A stretch of 63,657 nt of DNA, the filler included, from Rozella allomycis CSF55 (lineage: Eukaryota), in NCBI GenBank assembly GCA_000442015.1. It is 5 parts of 5 records of this genome, joined end to end, with 100 filler letters (N's around TTAATTAATTAA, not from the genome) between each part and the next. Parts side by side here need not be neighbours in the genome. Positions count along the whole stretch, not along the records: positions 1 to 18,657 come from KE561316.1; positions 18,758 to 30,995 come from KE561321.1; 3 more parts are not named here. One strand, given 5' to 3'. Made by a program: the position numbers and the translations under genes. Below the pieces are notes generated by a model. It saw nothing but the letters and a program-made list of their open reading frames with translations, searched no databases and had not been told where the DNA came from. Positions 11,941-23,657 of this stretch are shown here, one piece after another. Position 1 is the first letter of the stretch, and the number at the start of each line of letters is the position of its first letter.

Positions 11941-12762
11941 ATGTTTTTTGATTGCCATTGTCACCTAGTTAATCGATATTTCTCAAAAGAAGCCATAGAA
12001 ACAATCTTAAAGAGATGTGTTAATGATATCCATCTCGTTTGTGTGGCGGAAAACGAGGATGACTTTGATGAGCTTCTACAGCTAAAAGCTCAAAACTGTA
12101 ATATTTCTATTTGTCTCGGCTTACATCCTATACAAGCAGAAATAAACAATGATCTGCAAATACATCGATCAATTTGCGAAAAGGACTGGGAGAAAATACA
12201 ATTTAGATTCGCTGATTGTTTGCACATGTCTAGGTGCGACGGAATCGGTGAAATAGGGTTAGACTTTTCTCCACATATATTCCAAGCCAACAAGAATGTA
12301 TCTATTGAGAAGCAAAAAGAAGATCAGCTACTAGTTTTTAAGAAGCAACTCGAACTTGCAAAGAAGTTTGATCTTTTTGTAAATGTTCATTCACGACAGG
12401 CAGGACATTATGCTATTGAGGTTCTTGAAGAGTACGAAATTCGTAGGTGTATACTTCACGCATTTGATGGGAAATTTAAGTATGCATTAAGAGCGTGCGC
12501 AAATGGATGGTTTTTGTCGATACCGGGAAATGTAAAGAGGAGTGATAAGTTTCAAAAGATGGCCAGAGAATTGCCATTAGAGAATATACTCATCGAGAGT
12601 GATGCTCCAGCTCTATCTGCTTTCCCAGGGGAAAGATCGTCACCTTTAGATGTTATAGATACATTGAATTTCGTTGCAGAATTAAGAAAAATCGACAAGA
12701 ATACATTAATGCGTCAAATTGAAGCAAATTTTGCTCGATTGACATCAAAGTCTTATTCATAA
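11941..12762 (+). CDS. TatD-family nuclease (TATDN3-like), copy 1
   Basis: DCHCH, GLHP, IGEIGLDF, VNVHSR, LHAFDG, ESDAP; intronless. Confidence 0.92.
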   Translation: MFFDCHCHLVNRYFSKEAIETILKRCVNDIHLVCVAENEDDFDELLQLKAQNCNISICLGLHPIQAEINNDLQIHRSICEKDWEKIQFRFADCLHMSRCDGIGEIGLDFSPHIFQANKNVSIEKQKEDQLLVFKKQLELAKKFDLFVNVHSRQAGHYAIEVLEEYEIRRCILHAFDGKFKYALRACANGWFLSIPGNVKRSDKFQKMARELPLENILIESDAPALSAFPGERSSPLDVIDTLNFVAELRKIDKNTLMRQIEANFARLTSKSYS

Positions 12763-12889
12763 TATTAGACGGTATATGAATTAGGAAAATAGTTAATAAA
12801 TATCTTTTTATATTTAATTCACTATTCATACAAATTTTCTTGTGTGCTTATCTGAGTTTGTAAAATGAAATTTCGAATTTAGAAAAGGC

Positions 12890-13127
12890 ATGTCACTGAA
12901 AGTATTTACGCATTAAATTGGTAATTAGGCGGAATTGGTTCAGTGGAATGAGGCAGTAATTAGCATGGATAGAGGTAACCTTCAAGAGGCCATAGATCTG
13001 TTCATTGAAATCGCTGATTGTGCAAAATTTAACTATAATTTGGGGAGATTATTTTTTCAACAACATGAATATGAAAAGGCTATAGGTAATATATTACAAT
13101 AAGAATAATAGCAATGTTCAACAAGTG
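12890..13127 (+). CDS. noxR: NADPH oxidase regulator NoxR/p67phox N-terminal TPR region, truncated by gap
   Basis: Spliced (intron 12902-12928): MSLKAELVQWNEAVISMDRGNLQEAIDLFIEIADCAKFNYNLGRLFFQQHEYEKAI, matching the p67phox/NoxR N-terminus. Confidence 0.75.
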
Positions 13128-13732
13128 NNNNNNNNNNNNNNNNNNNNNNNNNNNNNNNNNNNNNNNNNNNNNNNNNNNNNNNNNNNNNNNNNNNNNNNNN
13201 NNNNNNNNNNNNNNNNNNNNNNNNNNNNNNNNNNNNNNNNNNNNNNNNNNNNNNNNNNNNNNNNNNNNNNNNNNNNNNNNNNNNNNNNNNNNNNNNNNNN
13301 NNNNNNNNNNNNNNNNNNNNNNNNNNNNNNNNNNNNNNNNNNNNNNNNNNNNNNNNNNNNNNNNNNNNNNNNNNNNNNNNNNNNNNNNNNNNNNNNNNNN
13401 NNNNNNNNNNNNNNNNNNNNNNNNNNNNNNNNNNNNNNNNNNNNNNNNNNNNNNNNNNNNNNNNNNNNNNNNNNNNNNNNNNNNNNNNNNNNNNNNNNNN
13501 NNNNNNNNNNNNNNNNNNNNNNNNNNNNNNNNNNNNNNNNNNNNNNNNNNNNNNNNNNNNNNNNNNNNNNNNNNNNNNNNNNNNNNNNNNNNNNNNNNNN
13601 NNNNNNNNNNNNNNNNNNNNNNNNNNNNNNNNNNNNNNNNNNNNNNNNNNNNNNNNNNNNNNNNNNNNNNNNNNNNNNNNNNNNNNNNNNNNNNNNNNNN
13701 NNNNNNNNNNNNNNNNNNNNNNNNNNNNNNNN
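13128..13732. other. Assembly gap (about 605 N)
   Basis: Run of N; the ORFs spanning it are artefacts. Confidence 1.
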
Positions 13733-13993
13733 CTTCATTGGACATGTTTAAACTATCCTTTTCGTCTCGTTCTTGGACTCCTTTGTTTCTAACGACTTTT
13801 GGGGCGATTTTCTTAATGAAATACATTAATTCAATGTTACTTTTCTTTTTTGAGATCCTTTGTCAAGTTTTTCTTTCTCAAACTCTTGTTTTCTTTTAAG
13901 TAATTCAGCTTTTAATTCTACGGCCTATTTTTAAAAATACTAAGGTTTTACTGACGATGCACTGACGTTTATGGACTTGGGTACTTTCCACAT
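13733..13993 (-). CDS. CCDC174-like protein, 5' part
   Basis: Spliced: MWKVPKSINVSASSAVELKAELLKRKQEFEKEK...RNKGVQERDEKD, resembling the CCDC174 N-terminus. Confidence 0.7.
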
Positions 13994-14180
13994 TTGTTTA
14001 GCCACGATGGTTTTTCAAACTCAGAACCACTTTAATTACTTGAAAAGAAGTCCCCCATTTCTTGGATATAAAACACTGTAGATTCTCGTGTTTAAGCAAA
14101 TTACTGATGAAAGAAGTTGTGGAAATGGAATATTAGTATTTATTAATTTAATTATAACGTAATGCTCTTTGAAGTCTGAA

Positions 14181-15116
14181 CTAGTATAGGTAATTTTTAA
14201 AGAGCGGCATTCTCTTAAGTTTCTCTATAGACTCGTCGTTGTATCCTGGCCTTAATGATTGTTTCTTTTGGAGTAATAACTTTAAAACGTCGAAGAAATC
14301 TTGATCCATATATGAAGGCTTCTGGATTTCATCTAACTGTCCGTTTGAACACAAATTTTCGTGTTTACGTATTTCAAAATTGACCGTATACGGCAGCAAA
14401 TACGCTCTTTTAATAGCAAGCTGTGAACGTTTTTTGGCATCGATGCTATTCCAGGCATGTACTTGATACATCATAACACCAAGTGCAATCCAATCTTTGT
14501 TACCACCATATTCGTTGCAGGGATAGTGCATTGCAACGTCATTCCATTTACCATTATCCCAGCTTTCTGCGAGCCCAAAGTCTATCAAGTTGAAGTCTTT
14601 CCCGTCCCAAAGGACATTTCGATCTTTGATATCATTATGAACAATTTTTGCGCGGTACATATCTTCAAAAGCAAGGATCGCTTTAGATAAAAGCCTTATT
14701 TGTTCATCTCTATCCATTAAAGCAGTGTTGGATTGGATGAGCTTTAATCTGTCATAAAGACTCTCCGACTTGGAATATTCTGTGACAAAAGCATTTTGGC
14801 TTTGACATGGCTGGACAATTGGGGCCACATATGGACTATTTTTAAGTAACTCATAAGCCCATAATTCAGTTTCGTAAGACTTTTTGTCAGTCGTTTTCAG
14901 TACGAAGAGATCATTATTCTTTTTAACCAAGCTGACAACTCCGTAAGCGCCTCCTCCCAATTTTCGTTCAATGTGATAATTAACGTTTTCACATTTGAAT
15001 ATATCCTTTTCGTCAATGGTTTCATCACTGTTATGAGCGAGAGCCACTATCAAAGGAAGACATAACACCAAAAGGACCAAAAATCCTCCAAAATAATGTA
15101 ATTTCATTATACTCAT
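14181..15116 (-). CDS. Intronless Ser/Thr protein kinase with N-terminal signal peptide or anchor
   Basis: Hydrophobic [50 protein letters not shown]. Confidence 0.9.
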   Translation of the reverse strand: MSIMKLHYFGGFLVLLVLCLPLIVALAHNSDETIDEKDIFKCENVNYHIERKLGGGAYGVVSLVKKNNDLFVLKTTDKKSYETELWAYELLKNSPYVAPIVQPCQSQNAFVTEYSKSESLYDRLKLIQSNTALMDRDEQIRLLSKAILAFEDMYRAKIVHNDIKDRNVLWDGKDFNLIDFGLAESWDNGKWNDVAMHYPCNEYGGNKDWIALGVMMYQVHAWNSIDAKKRSQLAIKRAYLLPYTVNFEIRKHENLCSNGQLDEIQKPSYMDQDFFDVLKLLLQKKQSLRPGYNDESIEKLKRMPLFKNYLY

Positions 15117-15470
15117 CAGTAATTAATAATAAGTCTGTTCATTCATTCAATGATATTAAATAATCGCAAAATGTTCACGCACGTGAACAAAATCTAAAAA
15201 TAGATTTTTGTTCTATATTGAGTTATTTTCAATTTTTAACTAAATTATCAAGATTCAATAACACAAGTATGTTAGAATCTTGTGTTGCCCCACAATTTTT
15301 AGATAATTTACCTTACAATGCTGATTGATATCCCAAATTTTTGTGTCGAGCATTACAGCAGTTGATAATATTTTTTTGAAATTTTGGGGCAAATTATGGC
15401 GCTCTCTAGGCTCTCTGAAAATGTGCCTTTTGAATAGAAGTTTGGGTCTGATTTCCAATTTTCAGAAATT

Positions 15471-17582
15471 ATGACCATGCAAAACTTACTTAAAGGCAAT
15501 AGATCAGCTGTTATTTTTGTGATATTTCTATTAATTGCAGTAATTATCATAAGATTATAATAAAAGGGTATAATATCCCTTGCTACAATACTAATTACAA
15601 ATCAATTCAGAAAATTAGATGGATGTCCAAAAACAATCCCCATAAATAACAATATGAATTATATAAATCCTGAAAGGATACCAAAATCTGCTTCAGCGCA
15701 GCTCTTTTATGATCGCTTACATAGAACGGAATTCATGATACATCATTTGAACTTTTCTTACCACGAAAAAACATTTGATTTGCTAAATGAATTTTCCTCC
15801 TCACTTAAAAACTTTCATGTGAGACTATCTAATAAGTTTTCTCAGTCATATGGAGATATTGGAAATTACATTCTGCAAAATTATACGAAAGAAGACTTTA
15901 TACCCAACCTAGACAATCAAGCTCGAGAAATTGCCAATGTTTTTATTGATGAATGTCAACATACCGTCCTGACAGTAAACGAATTTCTGCAAGATGAAAC
16001 CCTTTCAAACAATGAATCATCAAAAAATAAAACGAATTCTATGGTAGATAATGTCATTAAGAATGTAGCAGTGGCGGCAAATGATCTGGAAAAGTCTTTA
16101 AATGATCAGTCATTTAAGAAGAAACAGAATGAAAAAGGAACGACGTTGGAAACAGTTATTAAAATCAAAGAAGAGGAAGAAATAAAGAAACAAGGAAGTC
16201 AAGGAAATCTAGCATCTACTATTCTAATTGACAATGCCAATAACCAATATGTTTTAGCAAAGCCAAGCGATATTACAATTCTCTACGCTGATCCGAGATT
16301 TTTACAAGAGTTAGTGGCTGTGAGTATTACTTCATTCGTATTATCATGGTTGATTGAAAGAATCCACTTGCCCGGATTTCTTGGTTACATTTGTGCAGGT
16401 ATTCTACTCGGACCAGCTGGACTTAACTATATCAAGGTATAAAATAGAAAAAAGTATTTATTGTAGAATCTTATTCAATTTGGAACTATTTCTCAGCTGG
16501 GCGTTTTGTTTATGATCTTTTTTCTCGGTTTAGAATTTGAGTTGGACCGATTGAAGCAAATATGGCATGTCTCAGTGTTAGGAGGGATCGCATTTATGTT
16601 ATGTATTATTTTTTCTACTTTATTGTTTGTTTTTCAGATAAATAACAATTTTATGGAGGGACTTGTAACCGGTTTTTGTGTCGCTTTAAGTTCTACAGCA
16701 GTGGCACTTAAATGCATGGGGCCTTCTTCCGAAAATGATTCAGATAGTTTCGTTAGTGGAATGGTGGGAATTCTAATTGTTCAAGATGTATTTCTTTGTC
16801 TTTTCCTCGCTGTATTCCCTTCTTTGACCGAATCGTCAATGTCTTCTTTGACTATAAGTATTTCAGTCAAACTTCTCCTTTTAGTACTATTTTGTGCTGC
16901 CTCGATTTATTCCATTAAATTTCTACCAACAGTTCTAAATCTACTAAAGAAAATCCAATCAAAGAGAAATTCTAGGTCCTTGAATGTTGTTCTAATTGCT
17001 CCAAAGCATCCATCAGAAATAGAAAATTCTTTAATTGGGAGTATCTCATTTTGTTTCATATTGGCATTTATATCTGAACATATTGGATTGTCAATGGAAT
17101 TCGGTTCATTCATGGCTGGATTTGCTTTGAACTCTCAATCAAAGAATATTCCTTCTTCTATTCATAGAATTATAATTCCTGCTATCGAAGCAATATCAAC
17201 TTTTTTTTCTGTCCCGTTTTTCGCCTCGATTGGCCTTCATGTGTATCCACCTTTTCTTTTTCATCAATGGGATGTATTATTTACCTTGACAATTATAATT
17301 TTACTATTAAAATTCAGTGTTCTTTTTATTATTCTGAGAATAGGCTTTAAACAATATTCTGTTTCTGATGCCTTTTTCATGTCTCTAGGTTTGTCTCAAA
17401 TTAGTGAGTTCGCTTTCGTTTTAGCTTCAAGAGGCAAAACTTTGGGCCTAATATCACGTGAAGTTTACTATTTACTTGTTGGAATCACGTCATTAACTCT
17501 TATAATCGTTTCTATCATCTGGAATTTAGTTAGGTTTTTTAACCCAAGAAGGGATGTTCAATATCGAAGCGTTATAGATTAA
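15471..17582 (+). CDS. TMCO3: TMCO3-like antiporter, copy 2
   Basis: Near-identical to copy 1. Confidence 0.85.
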
Positions 17583-17693
17583 AACATTAGCCTCTAAATC
17601 TAAAATAAAACATTAAAGTGGTTAGGAGCATTTCTTTTTACAAATTTCTGATTCGATCTACTACCGATTTTTTACCCCAAGCGCTTTTATCAC

Positions 17694-18515
17694 ATGTTTT
17701 TTGATTGCCATTGTCACTTAGTTAATCGATATTTCTCAAAAGAAGCCATAGATACAATCTTAAAGAGATGCGCTAATGATATCCATCTCGTTTGTGTGGC
17801 AGAAAACGAGGATGACTTTGATGAGCTTCTACAGCTAAAAGCTCAAAACTGTAATATTTCTATTTGTCTCGGCTTACATCCTATACAAGCAGAAATAAAC
17901 AATGATCTGCAAATACATCGATCAATTTGCGAAAAGGACTGGGAGAAAATACAATTTAAATTCGCTGATTGTTTGCACACGTCTAGGTGCGACGGAATCG
18001 GTGAAATAGGGTTAGATTTTTCTCCGCATATATTCCAAGCCAACAAGAATGTATCTATTGAGAAGCAAAAAGAAGATCAGCTACTAGTTTTTAAGAAGCA
18101 ACTCGAACTTGCAAAGAAGTTTGATCTTTTTGTAAATGTTCATTCACGACAGGCAGGACATTATGCTATTGAGGTTCTTGAAGAGTACGAAATTCGTAGG
18201 TGTATACTTCACGCATTTGATGGGAAATTTAAGTATGCATTAAGAGCGTGCGCAAATGGATGGTTTTTGTCGATACCGGGAAATGTAAAGAGGAGTGATA
18301 AGTTTCAAAAGATGGCCAGAGAATTGCCATTAGAGAATATACTCATCGAGAGTGATGCTCCAGCTCTATCTGCTTTCCCAGGGGAAAGATCGTCACCTTT
18401 AGATGTTATAGATACATTGAATTTCGTTGCGGAATTAAGAAAAATCGACAAGAATACATTAATGCGACAAATTGAAGCAAATTTTGCTCGATTGACATCA
18501 AAGTCTTATTCATAA
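17694..18515 (+). CDS. TatD-family nuclease, copy 2
   Basis: Near-identical to copy 1 (four amino-acid differences). Confidence 0.92.
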   Translation: MFFDCHCHLVNRYFSKEAIDTILKRCANDIHLVCVAENEDDFDELLQLKAQNCNISICLGLHPIQAEINNDLQIHRSICEKDWEKIQFKFADCLHTSRCDGIGEIGLDFSPHIFQANKNVSIEKQKEDQLLVFKKQLELAKKFDLFVNVHSRQAGHYAIEVLEEYEIRRCILHAFDGKFKYALRACANGWFLSIPGNVKRSDKFQKMARELPLENILIESDAPALSAFPGERSSPLDVIDTLNFVAELRKIDKNTLMRQIEANFARLTSKSYS

Positions 18516-18657
18516 TATTAGACGGTATATGAATTAGGAAAATAGTTAATAAATATCTTTTTATATTTAATTCACTATTCATACAAATTTTCTTGTGTGC
18601 TTATCTGAGTTTGTAAAATGAAATTTCGAATTTAGAAAAGGCATGTCACTGAAAGTA

Positions 18658-18757
18658 NNNNNNNNNNNNNNNNNNNNNNNNNNNNNNNNNNNNNNNNNNN
18701 NTTAATTAATTAANNNNNNNNNNNNNNNNNNNNNNNNNNNNNNNNNNNNNNNNNNNN
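18658..18757. other. 100-bp scaffold gap with artificial TTAATTAATTAA linker (also 30996-31095, 49575-49674, 51447-51546)
   Basis: Identical 12-mer with stops in all six frames, centred in four N runs. Confidence 0.95.
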
Positions 18758-18778
18758 TCCTTGGTTGCCAACAAACAA

Positions 18779-20712
18779 ATGGGCAAAAAGGTAACACCAG
18801 AAAAATATCACAATGATGGTCCAATACATCACCGAAGATGCCGTGATATTTTCTTTCTGATTGTTTTCCTTATATTTTGGGGTGGTATGGGATTTGTTGC
18901 CTACTTTGCATGGCAATTCGGATCAGCAGATTCGATAAAGTACGTCGCTGTTTTAGATAACAAAGATATGGGAGCGATTCACTAGGAAATATATGCGGTA
19001 TAAACAATAGCTTAAAAGATAACACCAAGCCCGACTTGACCAATTATACCCAATTGTATTACTTTAACCCTTTGAGTACAAGTTCCACTAAAGTTTGTGT
19101 TCAACAATGCCCGAACACAACTCAATTGGCAAGTTTAACAAATTTGGTAATACTAATCAACTTTGTACATAAGATTTGCAAGCATGGAATAACTTTGGCG
19201 GGTGCCAACGACGCCGCAAAGCTAAATGACTTGTCCACACAAATAAGCTCAAAAAATTGTGCCTTTGCCTCTGTTTCATCTCGTAGTGTGGTTAACCGAT
19301 GCATACCAAATCTTGACGCTACTACAGTGGATTTCATTTTATCTAACGATAACGCTTTCAGTGATGCTTTAGCCTCAAATGCTGGTCTAAGTTTGAGCAA
19401 TGCGAAAAGTATAGCCATTCAAGCTTTGGAAGATGTTAGTAATTCCGCAACTGAAATGGCCATAGCTATGTCTGTTTCATTAGGTGCTACGTTTGTGTGG
19501 GTTATTCTATTGAGGTTTACAGCAAGTTTAATAGTATGGGTGCTACTGCTGGGAAGTGAAGCAGGGATAATAGCGTTTTCTGTATGGTTATATTTTGAAT
19601 GGCAATATAAAGTTAATGCATTAACATCGATACCGATTATGGAACAAACAAGCAGCGAACAAATGATGGTTAAAGCATATTTAGGGTTCTTTATTACATT
19701 TACATCAATAGCAGTGTTAATGTTTTTCGTTATAGTTGCTCTCAGAAAAAGGGTTAAAATAGCGGTTCAAATAATTAAAGAGTCTAGCAAGGCCGTTATG
19801 GCTCTTCCTACCTTAATATTAATCCCTGTATTTATGTTATGCTTGTCAATTGCACTATTATCTCTTTATTTGATTGGAATGTTGTATCTTTCAACAATAG
19901 ATGTTAGCAAGGTTGGTGCAAATGCTCAATTCAATGCACTTGCAGTTACAGACATAGGAAATTATATGCAATGGTATTGGCTATTCGGTTTGCTTTGGAC
20001 GTATTTTACAATCAAAGCTATTAATCAAACATCCATTGCAGGATCCATTGCCACATGGTATTTTACACGAGATAAGGGTGCAATACCTACTTTCACTGTT
20101 GCGATGTCTGTTTGGAGGTGTTTTCGCTATCATTTGGGTTCTTTGGCCTTTGGTTCTTTAATTATTGCTATATTCTATTTGGTTAGAATTGTACTGCTCT
20201 ATATCGAGAAAAATCTTAAAGTAAGTCAAAACAAATTCTTAAAATTCCTCTTTGCTTGTCTACAATGTTGTTTTGCCTGTGTGACGCGTTTTATTGCATT
20301 TCTAAACAAAAATGCATACATAGAAATTGCCATTTATGGGAAATCATTTTGCGCTAGTGCCAAGGATGCATTTCAATTGTTAATACGAAATGCGTTAAGA
20401 TTAGCTGTAGTGGATAGTGTAAGTGGCTTCATACTATTTTTTTCCAAATTGTTTATTTCGAGTTGTGGGACTTTTTATCTGTTTGCTCGACTTAGGGATA
20501 ATGCCTCTGTTTCTTTTTACACTGTTCCTCTAGTTATCGTATTCATTTGCTCTTACTGTATAGCAACGTTCTTTCTTTACATTTATGAAATGGCAATAGA
20601 TACTATTTTTCTTTGTTTTTGCGAGGACTGCGAGAAAAATGATGGCGTAAACAAACCATATTTCATGTCTGATAATCTGAAAAAAATAATTGGCGATCCA
20701 GAGAAGAAATAA
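18779..20712 (+). CDS. Choline transporter-like protein (SLC44/PNS1 family)
   Basis: RRCRDIFFLIVF, RYHLGSLAFGSLIIA, FLNKNAYIEIAIYGKSFC, AIDTIFLCFCED; two introns; the true start may lie in the gap. Confidence 0.92.
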
Positions 20713-20872
20713 AATGTGATTACGTTAAAAAATTCCAGTAAAATGGATTTCATTAAAGTTTATTTTTATTTTGTTGATCTGTATAATCTAANGATAATTG
20801 GCGATCCAGAGAAGAAATAAAATGCGATTACGTTAAAAATTTCAGTACAATGGATTTCATTAAAGTTTATTT

Positions 20873-23210
20873 TTATTTTGTTGATCTGTATAATCTAAAA
20901 AGGACAAAGCCCGCGGTACCCACTAAGGCTGCCGTTAAAATAGAAATTGTTGTTATTTTAGCAATGTTAACAGACGCTAGTCGAGAATTTACATTAATTT
21001 GTGAAGAAATGATTCTAAAACATCTAAATTTGAGGTTTACGGTTCCATTGCGTTTGCGGCAAGTAAATTATACAAATCGTTCATGAAATTATCTTTCACT
21101 GAAACAGACAAGGGGAAGGGTAGTGAATATTTGCGACAAAAGTCGTCTGGTTGAACTGGAAATCTTTGGTGGACAAGATCGCATTCGCTTTTTGTAGCAA
21201 CTACTACCAGGGGGTAATTGATCAAGTTAAATTGTTCCTTTAAAAAAATCACGTGTTTAGTACTGTAATTTGTGCGATATATGAAAATGAATTCACATCA
21301 GCAGAGTCGTAAAGTAGACATATCAAGTCACATGCATTCATTTTCGATGGATTTGATAAATACTCATGATCACAACATGGTGGAATCTCAGTCATTATCA
21401 AATATTTTTCACTTCCTTTGAATTCCGCTGTATTCACAACAGAATATGATTGAGTGGAGGGAGTGTAATTATCTTCCATCGCTTTGCCAATGAATCGTCT
21501 CAGGAGGCTTGTTCTGGAAATCAAAAATTCTAAAATTTTACTTTCCGGATCCTGTGGCGCCAAAAACATAGCAGTGGAGAGTNTAAATATTTTTCACTTC
21601 CTTTGAATTCTGCTGTATTCACAACAGAGTATGATTGGGTCGAGGGAGTGTAATTATCTTCCATCGCTTTGCCAATGAACCGTCTCAGGAGGCTTGTTCT
21701 GGAAATCAGAAATTATAAATTTTACTTTCCGGATCCTGTGGCGCCAAAAACATAGCAGTGGAGAGTGTTCCTGGTAACCCGGCCTTTCTTTTTATCAATT
21801 TGGCGACTTCTTTTGACTTTTACAGCCTGTGTTGTATCCTATATTTAAGCTTTCGTTTCTAATACCCCTTCATAGCCGAGGTATGCCAAGTATTTCAAAG
21901 TAAGACGATAATCTAATAAAGTAGTCATGCTAAATTGACATGTCTTATTTTAATGTACCTCCATTGAGCCAAGAATCCTTGGAGCGTCAGAAATCCTTGA
22001 TCGTTCGTAACCGTGGACCCTTGCCCCTGCTCGTCCCAGGGTAGCGTTGGACATATTGAAAACATTTTATTTAATTCTTCATTATTCAAAGCGCCATCTT
22101 TGTCCTTTTTAAAATTATTATTCTAAATACTTTATCAAATACATAAAAAAGTTCAGTGAAAAATTGGTATCCCTTCGGGCTCAATTCTACGCAGCATTCA
22201 TCATCAACATCAAGTGGAGGATGAAGAAAATCATGGCGTAAAATTAAATCATCGCCATAGCCAAATTTACGAAGAACAGTCCACGTGGTTTCCAACCTAC
22301 CGCGCTGAATGAAGAGGCGGTGAAGATAAAGAAAACCATCAAGTGTTAGACTATCATTTAAGACACCTTCATTGCCACTAGATCTTACAACTTCCTTTAT
22401 TCCCTCCAATTCTTGTTGTTGAAGTGGTGCCAAAAAACACTTTCTTTGGAAAAGGTTTAATTCTTCGTCATTTAACAAACCATCCTTGTCCAGATCACAA
22501 ATTTGAAAAATCCTTTTTAGTGCATCTTCGCAAGCTGCCTTTAATACATGCTCTCTGGAATCATAGAGTGGCGCGGTCGGGTGAAGGACTGCTTTTTGAG
22601 CAAAATAAAATGCTTCGCTCACATTTAATAAAGTTTTTGCTGAGCATTCAACGCATGTTTCCACTTCCTAATATTATATTTCAGTAAGTATTGGTTTTAC
22701 TTTGTAGTCCGACATTATTGGTATCATTTCTTCTTCTAACATTTCATTTGTGACATCTTCACCTCTAATGTCAATTTTATTTCCAATCAACACAATTGGG
22801 ACATTCACTCCCAAAGATCTTATACGTGGTAGCCAGTAAGTTGACACTCGCTTTTTGGTTTCATCATCGTCCACTGCGTAAACAATACATATAACATGAC
22901 ATTTTTTGATTTCATTTTCTATATCCTCCCTATCTTCAGGTCTTGCTAAGAAAACGATAAGCCCATCACATTTACTAGATGTATCTACAATTTGAGTGAA
23001 AACATGGTCTGGTGTCGCCTCAGGTGGAACAGTGACAACCGGCAAAACTGGCTCTACCTTGAATACATTTTTATTTTGCTATTACTTGTGCAACAAACGC
23101 TTCTTTGACCAAGGTCATAATTAAAGTGGATTTGCCTACATTTTCAATATTATATTATTAATATATTTTTTACCATCTCCAAGAACGAGAATTCTAACTT
23201 CTCTTCTCAT
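20873..23210 (-). CDS. GEM1: Mitochondrial Rho GTPase Miro
   Basis: GTPase-EF hand-GTPase-TM layout; CVECSAK, FYFAQKAVLHPTAPLYD, QRGRLETTWTVLRKFGY; eight introns; allelic duplicate around N at 21583. Confidence 0.95.
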
Positions 23211-23657
23211 ATTGAATCACAAAGAAGTTGAGAAATTTCCCTTTACCTTTCGTGCGCATGCTCCTTCCAAATTGAAACAAACTGCGCATGAGTATTTATA
23301 TTTTAAAGTAAAAGGGGGTTTAGAATTTCCAGATTCCAAAAAGTCTATGAAAGGTAAGTGGTAATTGTAATGGGTGAAGTAGTACAATTTCTATAGAAAA
23401 AAAGATGTAAAATCTATCAGTTGTGTTAAATTTTAATACATGTCAATAAAATATATCTTTATTCATTCAATACAGGTTTGTACCGACGCTANATGTTTTA
23501 AAGTAAAAGGGGGTTTAGAATTTCTAGATTCCAAAAAGTCTATGAAAGGTAAGTGGTAACTGTCATGGGTGAAGTAGTACAATTTCTATAGAATAAAAGA
23601 TGTAAAATCTATCAGTAATGTTAAATTTTAATACACGTCAATAAAATATATCTTTAT

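Larger units (their letters stand above)
9685..12905 (+). repeat. 3.2-kb duplicated block (TMCO3-TatD-NoxR start), copy 1; copy 2 at about 15438-18657
   Basis: Near-identical sequence with scattered SNPs; the two copies have different upstream neighbours. Confidence 0.95.

Noticed and set aside
13080-13899. Long ORFs of X residues
   Set aside because: Translation through an N gap.
18702-18713. TTAATTAATTAA repeated in four gaps
   Set aside because: Artificial all-frame stop linker placed in 100-bp scaffold gaps.
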